Source: Camelus dromedarius (lineage: Eukaryota). Taken from it: 64,000 nucleotides of DNA. Positions 1-10,949 of this stretch are shown here, in pieces. The notes beneath the pieces are model-generated. The model saw only the letters and a list, made by a program, of their open reading frames with translations. It was not told the DNA's origin and did not search any database. Numbering within the stretch: position 1 is the stretch's first letter; each line of letters starts with the position of its first letter. The position numbers and the translations under genes are program-made. The DNA is taken from the NCBI RefSeq assembly GCF_036321535.1, contig NC_087436.1, forward strand, positions 38,318,001 through 38,382,000. Reading direction: 5' to 3'.

Positions 1-300
1 GTGATAATGATATAAGATGTGTGAGATAGACCAGTGGAAAAGAATCATCCAGAAAAAAATGGTGTATATAATACTGTATTAGGAGATGACAATGGCTTCA
101 CAAATCAATGATAAAAGGAACAGTTAATCTACCAAAACAAGTTTTAGCTATTTGTAACAACAAAAATAAAAAATCAAAGTCTGAGTTGTTACTTCATAAC
201 GTATCTAAGACTCTATGTTCTTGAAATAATTATATGCAAAATTATAAGCCAATAAAAATGGAAAAATTTATAGGTAAATACAATTTTCATAAATGAATTT
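1..300 (+). mobile_element. Old L1 (L1M-type) ORF2 3' fragment
   Basis: Degenerate match to the L1 ORF2 region 'atagaccaatggaacagaata...ccagaa' (here gatagaccagtggaaaagaatcatccagaa). Boundaries approximate. Confidence 0.55.
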
Positions 301-1039
301 CCCATGAGTAAATGGTTTTCTATTGCTCAGACATCAGCCAAGATCTGTCGTATCAGACTTCACCCTCATCCAGGGGAAGTTTCTGCTTTTGAGGAGGGGT
401 GGTGAGGAAGAGAAGGGATAGGTAATAAACACTTTTTAAATAAAACACAAGACAAAGCCTTTGCCATTTTTTCAGGATCATCTTCAAGTAATATTGGCAA
501 AAAACTTTGTATTATGAAAAAAGTTAAGTATTCTTAAACAAGGGTTCGAAAATTCAAATCCAAGACTTTTTCTTTAATATTAAAATAAATAAAATAAAAT
601 AAAATGATCATCTAGAGGAAGGAGGCTTCTTGCAAGAGAAGAGCAGTGCAAAGATCTTACTTGAGAGAGTGTTTGAAAGTGTTCAAGGAACTATAGTAAA
701 TAGGTAATACATATTGCCGAGTGAATGAATGTAGGTCCCCCAAAACAATGAGGTTTTCTTAGAGTAACGTTAAGCCAATGATAAAGTTTGAGTTCTTGAT
801 ACATTTTCTTAGGTAAAGTTCTTAAAAAAAAAAACAGTAAAAAACAAAATCAACATTTTCTTTTCTTCTTTGCTTGATATTTTTGTCTGTAAATTCTTTC
901 GAAACTAAAATCAAACCCTAATTTGCTCTGCCTTATACTGATGTCCCATCCATACTCGGTACTCCTTCCATAATTTCCATCCATCTCCCACTATTTCTCC
1001 ACACTTTTCCTCCATCCAGCCAATTGTGTCTATTTATCA

Positions 1040-1230
1040 TTATTAGTCAAGCACACCGTGCTCATTTTCATCCCAAATCCTTTGTTCTTACCATTTCTCT
1101 GACCTGGAATGCCCTTCTTTTCTCCCTACTCTGATTGTTATCAGAATCCTATCCTCACTTCAGAGCTCACAAGTTTCCTACAGTCCCTAAGGCCTTCACT
1201 AAGTCTGTCCAGTGCTTTACCATATAGAAC
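1040..1230 (+). mobile_element. L2 LINE fragment
   Basis: 'cctttgttcttaccatttctctgacctggaatgcccttc' resembles the L2 3' motif cctttgcacttgctgttccctctgcctggaatgc. Confidence 0.55.
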
Positions 1231-1299
1231 TCTAAATATATTTTTCATTCAGGCTACCAAATAATAACATTATTATTGATATTACTATTCCATTTTAAG

Positions 1300-1960
1300 T
1301 TGACAAGTTTCTAGAACTTATTTAATTTCAAATTTACAGAAAAGTTGCAAGAAGAGTACGAAAAACTTTTGTATTTCTTTCACCTAAGTTCCCCAACAAT
1401 TATTATCTCACCATACTCACACTATCAATCATATATAAAGATATGTAATTATCTCATTAGATTTTTCCCAGTTGTTCCCCAAATATGTATCTTTTATTTT
1501 TTTTTAACACATTCTGGTCCAGGATTTCTCACTTCAATTTGAAACAGTTCCTTTATCCTTCCCTATCTTTCATGATCTTGAGAGTTTTGGAGAGAACAAG
1601 CCCTCTGTCCCAGCTTTGAACCAATCAATTATGCAACAAGTCCTGGGTTTTTTAGTGGAGTATGATATATAGAAACAAAGGTCTGGTGCTCCATGTTCTC
1701 ATTGCCCATGAGTGTCACTGATTTTAGGGCTTTTCAATGGACATATTTAGAAAATAAATATATGTACACATGGACATGCATCCATATCTACTTCTATATC
1801 TATTTATATCTTTTTAAAATAAATTTACATCAATTCCAGCTCCAATTCAATACTTTTCTAGCTTTCTTCCTCTACATATTTGAAATCCTTTCATCAACAG
1901 TGAGAACTTAGCTCCCAATATCCTTAACAGATGTTCCTACCTGCTCATTCCTCCTGCATG
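1300..1960 (-). mobile_element. Old L1MC-type 3' end fragment
   Basis: 'aatttcaaatttacagaaaagttgcaagaagagtac...ttcacctaagttcccc' is the antisense L1MC4/5-like 3' terminus. Confidence 0.6.
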
Positions 1961-2115
1961 AACCAAATCTCCTAACCACACACATCTGCAACTTCCTCAG
2001 CTGTACATTTCCTTGGCCCCAGTGCCTTGGCCTTGCTACCGACTGGGGCTTTGGTCATATCACTGCCTCCAAAGAAAGGCCAGGTAAAGAAGGGGGGAAA
2101 AAAAAGGAACAATTC

Positions 2116-2601
2116 CACATCTTCTTAATACTATTCAGCCATAAAAAATGACAACATAACACCATTTGCAGCAACATGGATGTTCCTGGAGAATGTCATT
2201 ATAAGTGAAGTAAGCCAGAAAGAGAAAGAAAAATACCATATGAGATCGCTCATATGTGGAATCTAAAAAAAAAAAAAGACCATAAATACAGAACAGAAAC
2301 AGACTCACTGACATAGAATACAAACTTGTGGTTGCCAAGAAGGAGGGAGGAGGGAAGGGACAGACTGGGAGTTCAAAATTTGTAGATACTGACAGGCCTA
2401 TGTAGAATAGATAAACAAGATTATACTGTATAGCACAGGGAAATATATACAAGATCTTGTGGTAGCTCACAGCGAAAATAAATGTGACAATGAATATATG
2501 TATGTTCATGTATAACTGAAAAATTGTACTCTACACTGGAATTTGACATAACATTGTACAATGACTATAACTCAACAAAAAAAAGTTTAAAAATAAAAAA
2601 G
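2116..2601 (+). mobile_element. Young 5'-truncated L1 (end of ORF2, 3'UTR, A-tail)
   Basis: ORF2 tail (ccatttgcagcaacatggatg...atatgtggaatctaa), 3'UTR nearly the same as the element at 23923-24380, A-rich tail, and TSD AGGAACAATTC at 2105-2115 and 2602-2612. Confidence 0.95.
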
Positions 2602-2649
2602 AGGAACAATTCTTTTAAGTATAATATAGAATGCTAATACCAAAGGAAG

Positions 2650-2780
2650 CTTGGAAGTCATCTAAAGTATGTGCTTCAGATAAAGAAACTAAGACTCAGA
2701 GAAGTAGAATGATTCACCCAAAGTCATTCATGGAGAGCTAGTAATAAGAGAAGTCTCTTGAACTTTTAGAGCTTTTCCCT
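2650..2780 (-). mobile_element. MIR SINE fragment
   Basis: 'cagataaagaaactaagactcagagaag...cccaaagtca' is the antisense MIR core. Confidence 0.65.
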
Positions 2781-3293
2781 CAACAAATGATGTGTATAGC
2801 TTGTATCACCTCATCTCATAATTGTTAAAACAATAATATTTAATTATTACTCATTTAATAAATTGAATAAAATATTAAGAAGAGAGTGACAATACAGTGT
2901 TCTCACTAGAACCACAAGAATGTTTCTTCATTGTTGCACTCATACATAGAACTATATGAACAATGATATCCCATACACTTCTCTTTTATGTAGGAAAAAA
3001 ATGGAAATTGTCAAACACAAATTGCCAATTTTTAAAACCTCATTTCTTCTGTCATTGGTTAATTTCAACCATGGTTTTATATTTATAGCTTTAAATAATG
3101 TAAAACATGGTAGATAATGATGTTAGAATCTGTTTAAGACTTTCTATGTAAGAACTAATAAAGAAGTTTGTACTTTATGACTCAAGCATGTCATGTGTTC
3201 TAAAGCTGTACTATCCAAAGGGAATATAAGCCACATATGTCATTTTAACCATAACTTTGTAAAAATGTAAAAGAAACAGATGAAATTAGTGTC

Positions 3294-3295
<2 letters not shown>

Positions 3296-3336
<41 letters not shown>

Positions 3337-3350
3337 ATATATATACATAC
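3296..3350. repeat. (CA)n/(TA)n microsatellite
   Basis: Direct reading: a long AC run, one interruption, then TA repeats. Confidence 0.95.
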
Positions 3351-3699
3351 TGCTCTAGTTTAAATGTCTGTGTTCCTTCAAAATCCGTACGTTGAAAATT
3401 CATCCTCAATGTGATGGTATTATGAGGTGGGGCCTTTGAGAGGTAATGAGGTCATGAGAGCAGAATCTTCATGAATGAGATTAGAGCCCTTTTAAAAGAA
3501 ATCCCAGCTCCTTTGCCGCTTGCACCATGTGAGGACACAGGGAGAAGACAGAGCTCTAGGATTTAGGCCCTCACTGGACACTGAATCTGTTGGAATCTTG
3601 ATCCTGGACTTTCCAGCCTCCATCACTGTGAGAAATAAGTGTTGTTTAAGCCACCCAGTCTATGGTACTTTTAAATCGCAGCCTGAACAGACTAAGATA
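3351..3699 (+). mobile_element. MLT1A/MLT1A0-like MaLR solo LTR
   Basis: Starts tgctctagtttaaatgtctgtgt, contains gaggtggggcctttg and gccacccagtctatggta, ends gactaagata. Near-TSD catac/tatac. Confidence 0.88.
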
Positions 3700-4739
3700 T
3701 ATACATACACATATATGTACATATGTGTATGTAGAATACGTGCAAAATATCGTATCAATATGGAATCAGTAAAAAAGGTATTAATGAACAATTTTACATT
3801 TTATTTCATACTAAGGCTTCAAAAATCTAGCGTGTATTTTACACTTAAAAACTCTCAAGTCAATAGCCACATTTGGCTAGTGGCTACCATATTTGTCAGT
3901 ACAGCTCTAAAACTAAATGAACATTCTCGAAGAAGTTCTAACTTTTCAGAGTATTTGGCAAATAAATTTCATAAAATTTTCCAGTATCCATAAAAAGGCA
4001 GTTATCCTTTTTATGTGAACCATAGGATTTATGATTTAATAAACCATAGGATCAAATGTGCCCCCCCAAAAAGTGATGCTCTTGCCAAAAAAAAAAAAAA
4101 AGGAAAAGAAAAACAGGCAAATTTTTCTTCAGACTAAATGGAGAAATCAGTGATGACTGTCTAAAGTGCCCAGTATTCCTCATTTATATTCTCATTATTC
4201 CTGTCACATCTTGTTACCAATCCCATCTCTATCTTAAGAAATCAGAAGAGACTCAAAGTATTATATAACATTATTTTAATGTTTTGGTCTGAGACCAGTA
4301 GTTGTAATTTCTTGGAGTTATATGTAGTATCAACAAAATAGTGCAGTACTTCTCACAAGTATTTTTCCTGTTTGATCATTTCCTCAGTATATCCATGGCC
4401 ACATTTACTTTATCTTGCATTTTTATGTCAGCCTTTTCTCTCACCATATAATTCTCTTTCCTAAGAATATTTATTTTAGGAACAGGGTCCAAAAATGATG
4501 TATTTCTGCAGATGATACTATAAATCGGTACCTTAATACACAGAAATTATCATCCTGGGAGTTAACCCACAAAATGCCAAATATATGACTCATTATACCA
4601 AAATCAAAAAGTAGAATAAATGACAGCAGACTTTCTAGTCATCTACCCTCTCCAAACAAATGCTTATAAAAATTGCAGGGAATGGTAAGTACATACGCAG
4701 TGGCCATTTTTGAAGGGTTGTTTGGAAGCAGTATTCTAG

Positions 4740-5095
4740 AACCTGTCTTTTTTTGAGACTCATTTTCCCATACCCAGTCCTAGATGTGGGCATGACACTC
4801 AGTTCTGGCAAAAGACCATCTACCTTTTGGCCATGAGGACTGATTTAAATGCAGGCACTTAACAAACTATTTTTCTTCTGGAGTCATTAGGAAAGATACT
4901 GCTTAGTCTGCCACTGCATGGAAGGACAATGTACAGGGGGCTATTTGTAACACTGTCTTCTGGCTGCACTGAGATGAGAAAGTCATTTTAAGAAGGAGAA
5001 AATAAGGTCGAGACATAAGGAAAAGTGTCACAAGAATGAGAAAAAATTTCCTGGTAACATTATTTAAGCCTCTGGACCTAGCTATGTATGACAGC
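4740..5095 (+). mobile_element. Old MaLR LTR (MLT1J/K/L-like)
   Basis: Motifs 'gggcatgacactcagttctggc', 'tggccatgaggactgattt' and 'cctggtaacattatttaagcctctggacctagctatg'. Confidence 0.5.
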
Positions 5096-6480
5096 TGATT
5101 TCTAAATGAAAATACAGGAGAAAATCTTTGTAATTTTCAGTTAACCAAAGATTTCTTAAATAAAACACCAAAAGTAAAATATATAAAAATAATTGATAAA
5201 TTGGATTTCATCAAAATTAAGAACTTCTGTTACTCAAAAGGTAGCATTAAAAGAATGAAAATGAAAAACACAGAGAAGGAGAAAATACATGCAAATCACA
5301 TATCTAGTAAGAGATTTATATCCAGAATATATATTTAAACTATCAAAATTTAATAATGAGAAAGTAAACAAAAAAACTGGGCAAAAGATTTGAACATACA
5401 CGTTGCCAAAAAAGATATACAGATAGGGGACATAAGCACATAAAAAGATGCTATACATCATTAGGCATAATGGAAAGGCAAATTAAAGCCACAATGAGAT
5501 ACTACTGCAAAGACACTAAAATGTCTAAAATTCAAAAAGACAACCCATACAAAATGTTAGCCAGGAATTCTCATATATTGCTGGTAGGAATGTGAATTGA
5601 TACACCATTCTGGCAAATACTTTGATAATCTCTTAAAAATTATACATCTACAAAGCATTCCACTCCTAGGTATCTAGTGAAAGTAATGAAAGCATACAGC
5701 AGGCCCTCCATAACCATGGGTCCCCCACCCTCAGATTCAAACAACCACAGATCAAAAATATTCAAAACAAACAAACAAACAAAAAACTCCAGAAAGTTCC
5801 AAAAAGCAAAATTTGAGTTTCCCTCATGCAGGTAACAATTTACATGGCATTTACTTTGTATTTGGTTTTATAAGTAATCTAGAGATGATGTAAAGTATAT
5901 TATATAGTATGTACAGGTTATATGCAAATACTACAGTATTTTATATAAAGGACTTGAACCCAAGAATTTTGGTATCTGAGGGACGTCCCAAGAACCAATT
6001 CTTTGCGTATAACAAGGGATGACTATATGTACATGAATGGTCATTGTAAATTTATTTCCAAAATCTCAAGCTGGAAGCAACTCCAAAATTCATCAATAGG
6101 TGAATGGATAAATAATGTACAATTGCTTACCTATCTGTATCTATCTGTAGAATAGAGTACTACTTAGTAATTTTTAAAATGACCGAATGATACATGCAAT
6201 ATGGTTGAATCTCAAAATAATTTTGCTAAGTGAATGATGTGACAAAACAAAAAGAGGCACACACTACGTAATTCCATTTATATAAACATGCAGACAATGC
6301 AAACTAATCTACAGTGACAGAAAGCAGATCAGTGGTTGCCAAGGAGGGTGGAAAGGTGAGGAGGTACAGGAGGGTGGAATTACAAAAAGGCATGAGAAAC
6401 TTTTGGGAGTGCTAGATATGTTTGTCATCTTGATTTGGGTGATGAGTTTCTCAGTGTATATAGAAAGTAATACACATCAG
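5096..6480 (+). mobile_element. Old L1 (L1MC/MD-type) ORF2 end plus 3'UTR, interrupted by a Tigger element
   Basis: 'gataaattggatttcatcaaaattaagaacttctg', 'ccacaatgagatactac' and the 3'UTR motif 'cagtgacagaaagcagatcagtggttgcc'. Confidence 0.85.
5697..6025. mobile_element. Tigger3/MER2-like non-autonomous TcMar DNA transposon
   Basis: Termini cagcaggccctc...agggatgacta, TA on both sides (5695-5696 and 6026-6027), internal 'taagtaatctagagatgat' and 'ggttatatgcaaatactac'. Confidence 0.85.
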
Positions 6481-6706
6481 AAGAAAAAACTATTTTTATT
6501 ACATCCTTAACTGCAACTACTTACTTACTCATGAGGTGTGTGCCTGTCAAAGACACCACGCAACTTTTCAAATCTTGAAATCAGTTTGGGCCTCACCACT
6601 GTCATTTCCTGTTTCACACAGATCTTCACACAACACTCGTTTCTATATACTATCAAAACCCAGCTTTGCAAAGATATAATGTTATCTAAAGAAATGTGGT
6701 TCAAAC

Positions 6707-7249
6707 TGTTAGTTACTTAGATACATGGGGGCATCAGGCAGATAAGATAGAGGAGATAGAGGATGGTACAGAAGATGGTGGTGTGCCCGCCTTCAGCATA
6801 AAGGGGCTTTACTTCCACTAAGTGAGTGTTAGCAAGAAAACTAGTGAAAACCTGACAGCCGCAACTGCTTGGTAGCGACAAGGACCTAACCAGACATGAC
6901 ACAATGCTCACTGTAATATAATTAGCATTGTGGTCTACGCCCTCCCCCCATGGGTTTTTCTGTGTGTGTCACGGGTAAGGACATGAGCAAAAGGGGCTGG
7001 GCATGACTAAGCATTCCAATCAATCAAGAGACCAACTCTAAGGGAGGGTATAAGAAAAGGGGGCAGACAAAGACCATTGCTATCCTCCATTGGATCAGCC
7101 CGCCTCCTATTCTTATAGGTGTACCTTCCCTTCGCTAAATAAAACCTTTAAAATCTTTTGCTATATAATGTTTTTGTCTCCCATCTGAATTCTTGTATTT
7201 TGGGTATGACAAGAATTGGGGTCTTATCCCTTCCCCCTTTGAGATAACA
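6707..7249 (+). mobile_element. ERV solo LTR, 543 bp, probably class I and lineage-specific
   Basis: TGTTA...TAACA inverted termini, CCAAT at 7016-7020, TATAAG at 7049-7054, AATAAA at 7138-7143. CAAACT overlaps both junctions (imperfect TSD). More GC-rich than the flanks. Confidence 0.8.
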
Positions 7250-8045
7250 AACTACTGTTGAAATTTGGTATTACCTCAAGCTAGTAGCTGACATAGTTTC
7301 CAACAAGTTCTGTTAAATTGTATTGAAATCACCAAATCTAAAATTTCCCATTTTTATGAATGCAATTTCAAAGGTTTCCTAATGGTATAAGAACTCAAAG
7401 CTATACACACAAAGCATTGACTTAATCAGATATGGTGTGACCTCAGGCAAATATTTGAAAAGTTTTCCAGTTCTTCTCAGTGGAGCCATTTAAATACCCA
7501 CTTTCTGTAATTTATTTTTTGCTCCCATCTTTGCTACATTATTGAAAAGTAACACACAACTTTATGTTGAACTCTTCAAAGAAGCTTTGGAAAGAAAATA
7601 TGGAGACTATTCTGACTCTTTGGATGTAAACATCTCTGAAAATCTCAAATGAAAAAAATACAGAAATAGTCTATTTAATAGGATACATGGTATTGTCTTT
7701 ATACTAATTACCCTTGCCTCTGTTGTTATGGTAATTAATAAACTATTTCAGGTTATGTCTCCTGCATTTTATAACTTAATTAAGAAATTTTGTTTACTTA
7801 TTTTGAATTATTGTCAACCAGCCCAATTTGGAGCTATAATATGAACTTTGTTAGGACTTCAGTTTCTGCAAAAAGACATGAATGCATTCACAAGTTTTAA
7901 TATCATAGAAAGACGGTTTATTAGCGGGCTTTTGCCTAAACTTGTCTGGCCTTCAACAGGGTTCAAATCCAGTTAAATTCTCACTTCATCTAAACAGCTG
8001 CTATCTCCTTTTTCGCACGTCAACTATAATAAGGCAGTGATCTAA

Positions 8046-8059
8046 ATTTGCATAACAAT
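8046..8059 (-). promoter_or_regulatory. OCT4-SOX2 (POU-SOX) composite motif
   Basis: The + strand reads ATTTGCATAACAAT, i.e. ATTGTTATGCAAAT on the - strand. This matches 14 consecutive bases of the canonical CATTGTTATGCAAAT. It lies in repeat-poor DNA. Function is not shown. Confidence 0.55.
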
Positions 8060-10384
8060 TGGCCCCTATCTCAAGAACTTGAAGTGTGTTCTAGCCAAAT
8101 GCAGATTAAATTGGCTAAGTAAAAATGCCCTTCAAATTGCTCTTTTCTGCTTCAATACTGAAGTAGAACTCCTAGAAACAACTAAAAAACAAGTTGTTCT
8201 TCAATTTATAAGCTCTTTCTATTACACTGAAACATAGCTTGAAGCCTTGAAAACATCTGGAGAGAGAAAACAGGATCAACAATGATCCAGCTGTGACCTC
8301 ACTACTTAATAATTGTCTTTTAGCTGACTCCACTACTTGTCTCCTCATTATGCACATTTCTGGTGGGGGTACATCTAATCCATTGATCTACCAAGCCTAT
8401 CTTTTAAAAAGTGAGCACAGGGGAAGGCTTTACCACCAATGATTTCAATAAAGTTTCAATAAAGTGCAATTCCGCAGTCTGGCTAGAACTTGTGTTTTAG
8501 AATTCAAGTGCTTGCATTAAAGATCCTAGTATGATTGAATTAAAAGAAACCCAGAAATCTCAGATTTTCTAGTAAAGTGACGAAGAAGGCACTCTCAACA
8601 TTACCCACTCGCTTCTTGCTTTTTTTTTGTTAACTGCTTACTTTAATACACACAGAATATAAGATTGCCTTTTTCTCATTTTCAGTGCTAGTCCTAAAAT
8701 GGTAAGGCTCTTGCAGGATAAAATCACCAGGCTCAGACTGGCCCTTCAACTGAAAGCCAAAGGGAATGGTAAAGTCACCTCCCAGGGTAAACACCCAAAA
8801 ATGTCCAAGCTAAGCAAGTCTGGGCTTCATTTTTGCCATTCCCGAATTCACTGCTCTTTTGGGACACGACATTCCATAGAACTGCAAAAGATGACAAATT
8901 CCACCCCAGAGAATTTGTTTATACGAAGTTATTCACATCAAATAATCTCAGAAGATTTGAGCACAGCAATGTTGAAAATTACCTATTAATTGTTAATCCT
9001 ATGAGAAAAATTAGACAATTATTTTTGAAAACATAGAAAAAACCTCACATGATAAAAATTAGACTCCCACATGTGATTCAACTTCTACTTATTAATTATG
9101 AAGTTAATAATTACTAAATTTCCAACAGTAAAAATTAAATCACTCATCACTAGAGATGTCCTGAGTTTTTACAAAAAGTGATCAAGAATATTCTATTGGT
9201 TTTAGAGCTTTCAGTATTCAAGACTTTACCCAACATATATACACAGCTCATCAACCTGTTTAACATTTTCAATGTAATTTAAGGTTGATTTTCCTCTCTT
9301 ATATAAAAGTCAAGATTTTATTTCATATTTTAAAACTTATTGATTAGTAGTTTAGTAAATTTTTTTTCTGACAACTCCATTTTATTTTTTGAAATAAGTC
9401 TCTCCCAGGACACAATAAGTCTGGCTCCAAATTTTTGACATTAAAAAATTTTAAAAGCATGAGAGTTTAAAAAAATCTTATGACTACACTCTAATAGTCT
9501 GTAGATGTTAGCTGAAAGTCTAGAGCTCAAAAAGAAAAAAAAAGTGGAAGGGAGGTGCTTATTTTTACAAATGACTATGTGTGCCTTTTAACAGGTACTT
9601 GTTTAAAAATTATATATTTTTACAAGGTAGCTATTTACATTTTGCTTAGAACGTAAGCCTCCTTAGTGAACCAAATCACATAAATTAGAGAATACTTTGG
9701 TCACTCTGCAAGTTATAGATATCTTGAAAGCCTTATAAAAGTAAACTAAAATAAACCCAAATGTGCCACAACAACATTCAGACTCTCACCACCTCATAAT
9801 AATAACATCAAAGCTGGGAACCCTATGTAGCCAACATTTTTCAAGTCCTCCTGGTTATCTAAGTCACTGCTTGTGGTGCTTTCTAGAGTACATCTTTCAC
9901 CCTGCCACTTTTCCATTCAAAATCATGCAGTCTTTCCTCAGTCTCTTCTAAATAAAACATACAGTAGCCTGACATTTTTATGGCCCTGAGTAATCTGGTG
10001 CAACTTGAACTCTACAACGTTTGGGTGCTGACATCATTGCCAGTACTGTTTGGAAGGAAAGCATCCTTCCCTCTCTCCCTTCTGTCCTGGCGGCATATTA
10101 AGTCAGGAAGAAGGTTTAAGAATTACAGCTTGTCTCCTCTCCACACCCTCACTCCTTACTGAGGAAGCAAAGTGATATATCTTATTGGAAAATTAAGAAT
10201 CTGCATACCTGCAAGGAGCTCTCTTGTCCTTTCCTACCAATAATAAATTAACTGAGCAGGATCTCCCTTATCATACCAGCAAAACAGCAGTTGGAACAAG
10301 GTAAATTCAATTCCTGGGATAACTATTAGATGCCCTTTTGGTTGTTCTTCCTAAGCCTTAACCAGCTTTGCAGTAATAATGTAA

Positions 10385-10500
10385 ATCCCCCACTAAATAG
10401 AAAGTTTCTTAAGGGTTTAGCCCTATACATCTTTGAATCCAAACATCTAACCCCTTGCCTTATGCATAGTGCCAACGTAGGGTTCATAATAAATAGTCAG
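10385..10500 (+). mobile_element. L2 3' end fragment
   Basis: 'ccccactaaatagaaagtttcttaaggg...gcatagtgcc...tagggttcataataaata'. Confidence 0.5.
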
Positions 10501-10949
10501 TGTATTGCAAAATGTTCAAGACAAAAGCATTATCTTTGTAGAACGTGGTAGAGTACTATGAAAAACTGAAAACTTAATAAATGTTCATTGAGGATTATCT
10601 GCATGATATTTTCTAATATTTATTAAGTATTTTTAGATGCTTAGCACCATGCTAGGGAAATATTACTAAAAAAACAAAAAACAAAACAAAAGAAAAACCT
10701 TCTCAAAATTAACCTAAAACTCCAAAGACCTACATATGATCCAAATTCTACTTGTGTCTCCAATACCAAGAAATGGAACATAAGGCTCTCTTGGAGTTGA
10801 GCGTAAGTTATAAAGGAAAAGAAATAAAAAGAAAGAAGGAAAAAAGTCTCTGCAAAGTTGTGACCACATGTTGCTCTGACATGAAATTCTCCACTAAGTA
10901 TATTAATTCTGGATGGATCACACAATCTGGAGTTGTATAAATGACTTGG

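Larger units (their letters stand above)
3203..3908. mobile_element. MER33-like hAT-Charlie element, split by a microsatellite and an MLT1A LTR (pieces about 3203-3290 and 3735-3908)
   Basis: Left part 'gctgtactatccaa...agccacatatgt...aaagaaacagatgaaatta'; right part 'caatagccacatttggctagtggctaccatattt...acagc'. Confidence 0.75.

Noticed and set aside
3702..3733. 13-bp inverted repeat tacatacacatat/atatgtgtatgta
   Set aside because: Explained by low-complexity alternating purine-pyrimidine sequence.
2135..3993. ORFs 2135-2509 (-) and 3520-3993 (+)
   Set aside because: They lie within an L1 3'UTR and within MLT1A/MER33 sequence respectively.
8443..8465. Tandem 11-mer tttcaataaag giving two AATAAA, plus similar short direct repeats near 4018-4052 and 60791-60844
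   Set aside because: Ordinary slippage-type duplications. There is no array periodicity and nothing CRISPR-like anywhere in the window.
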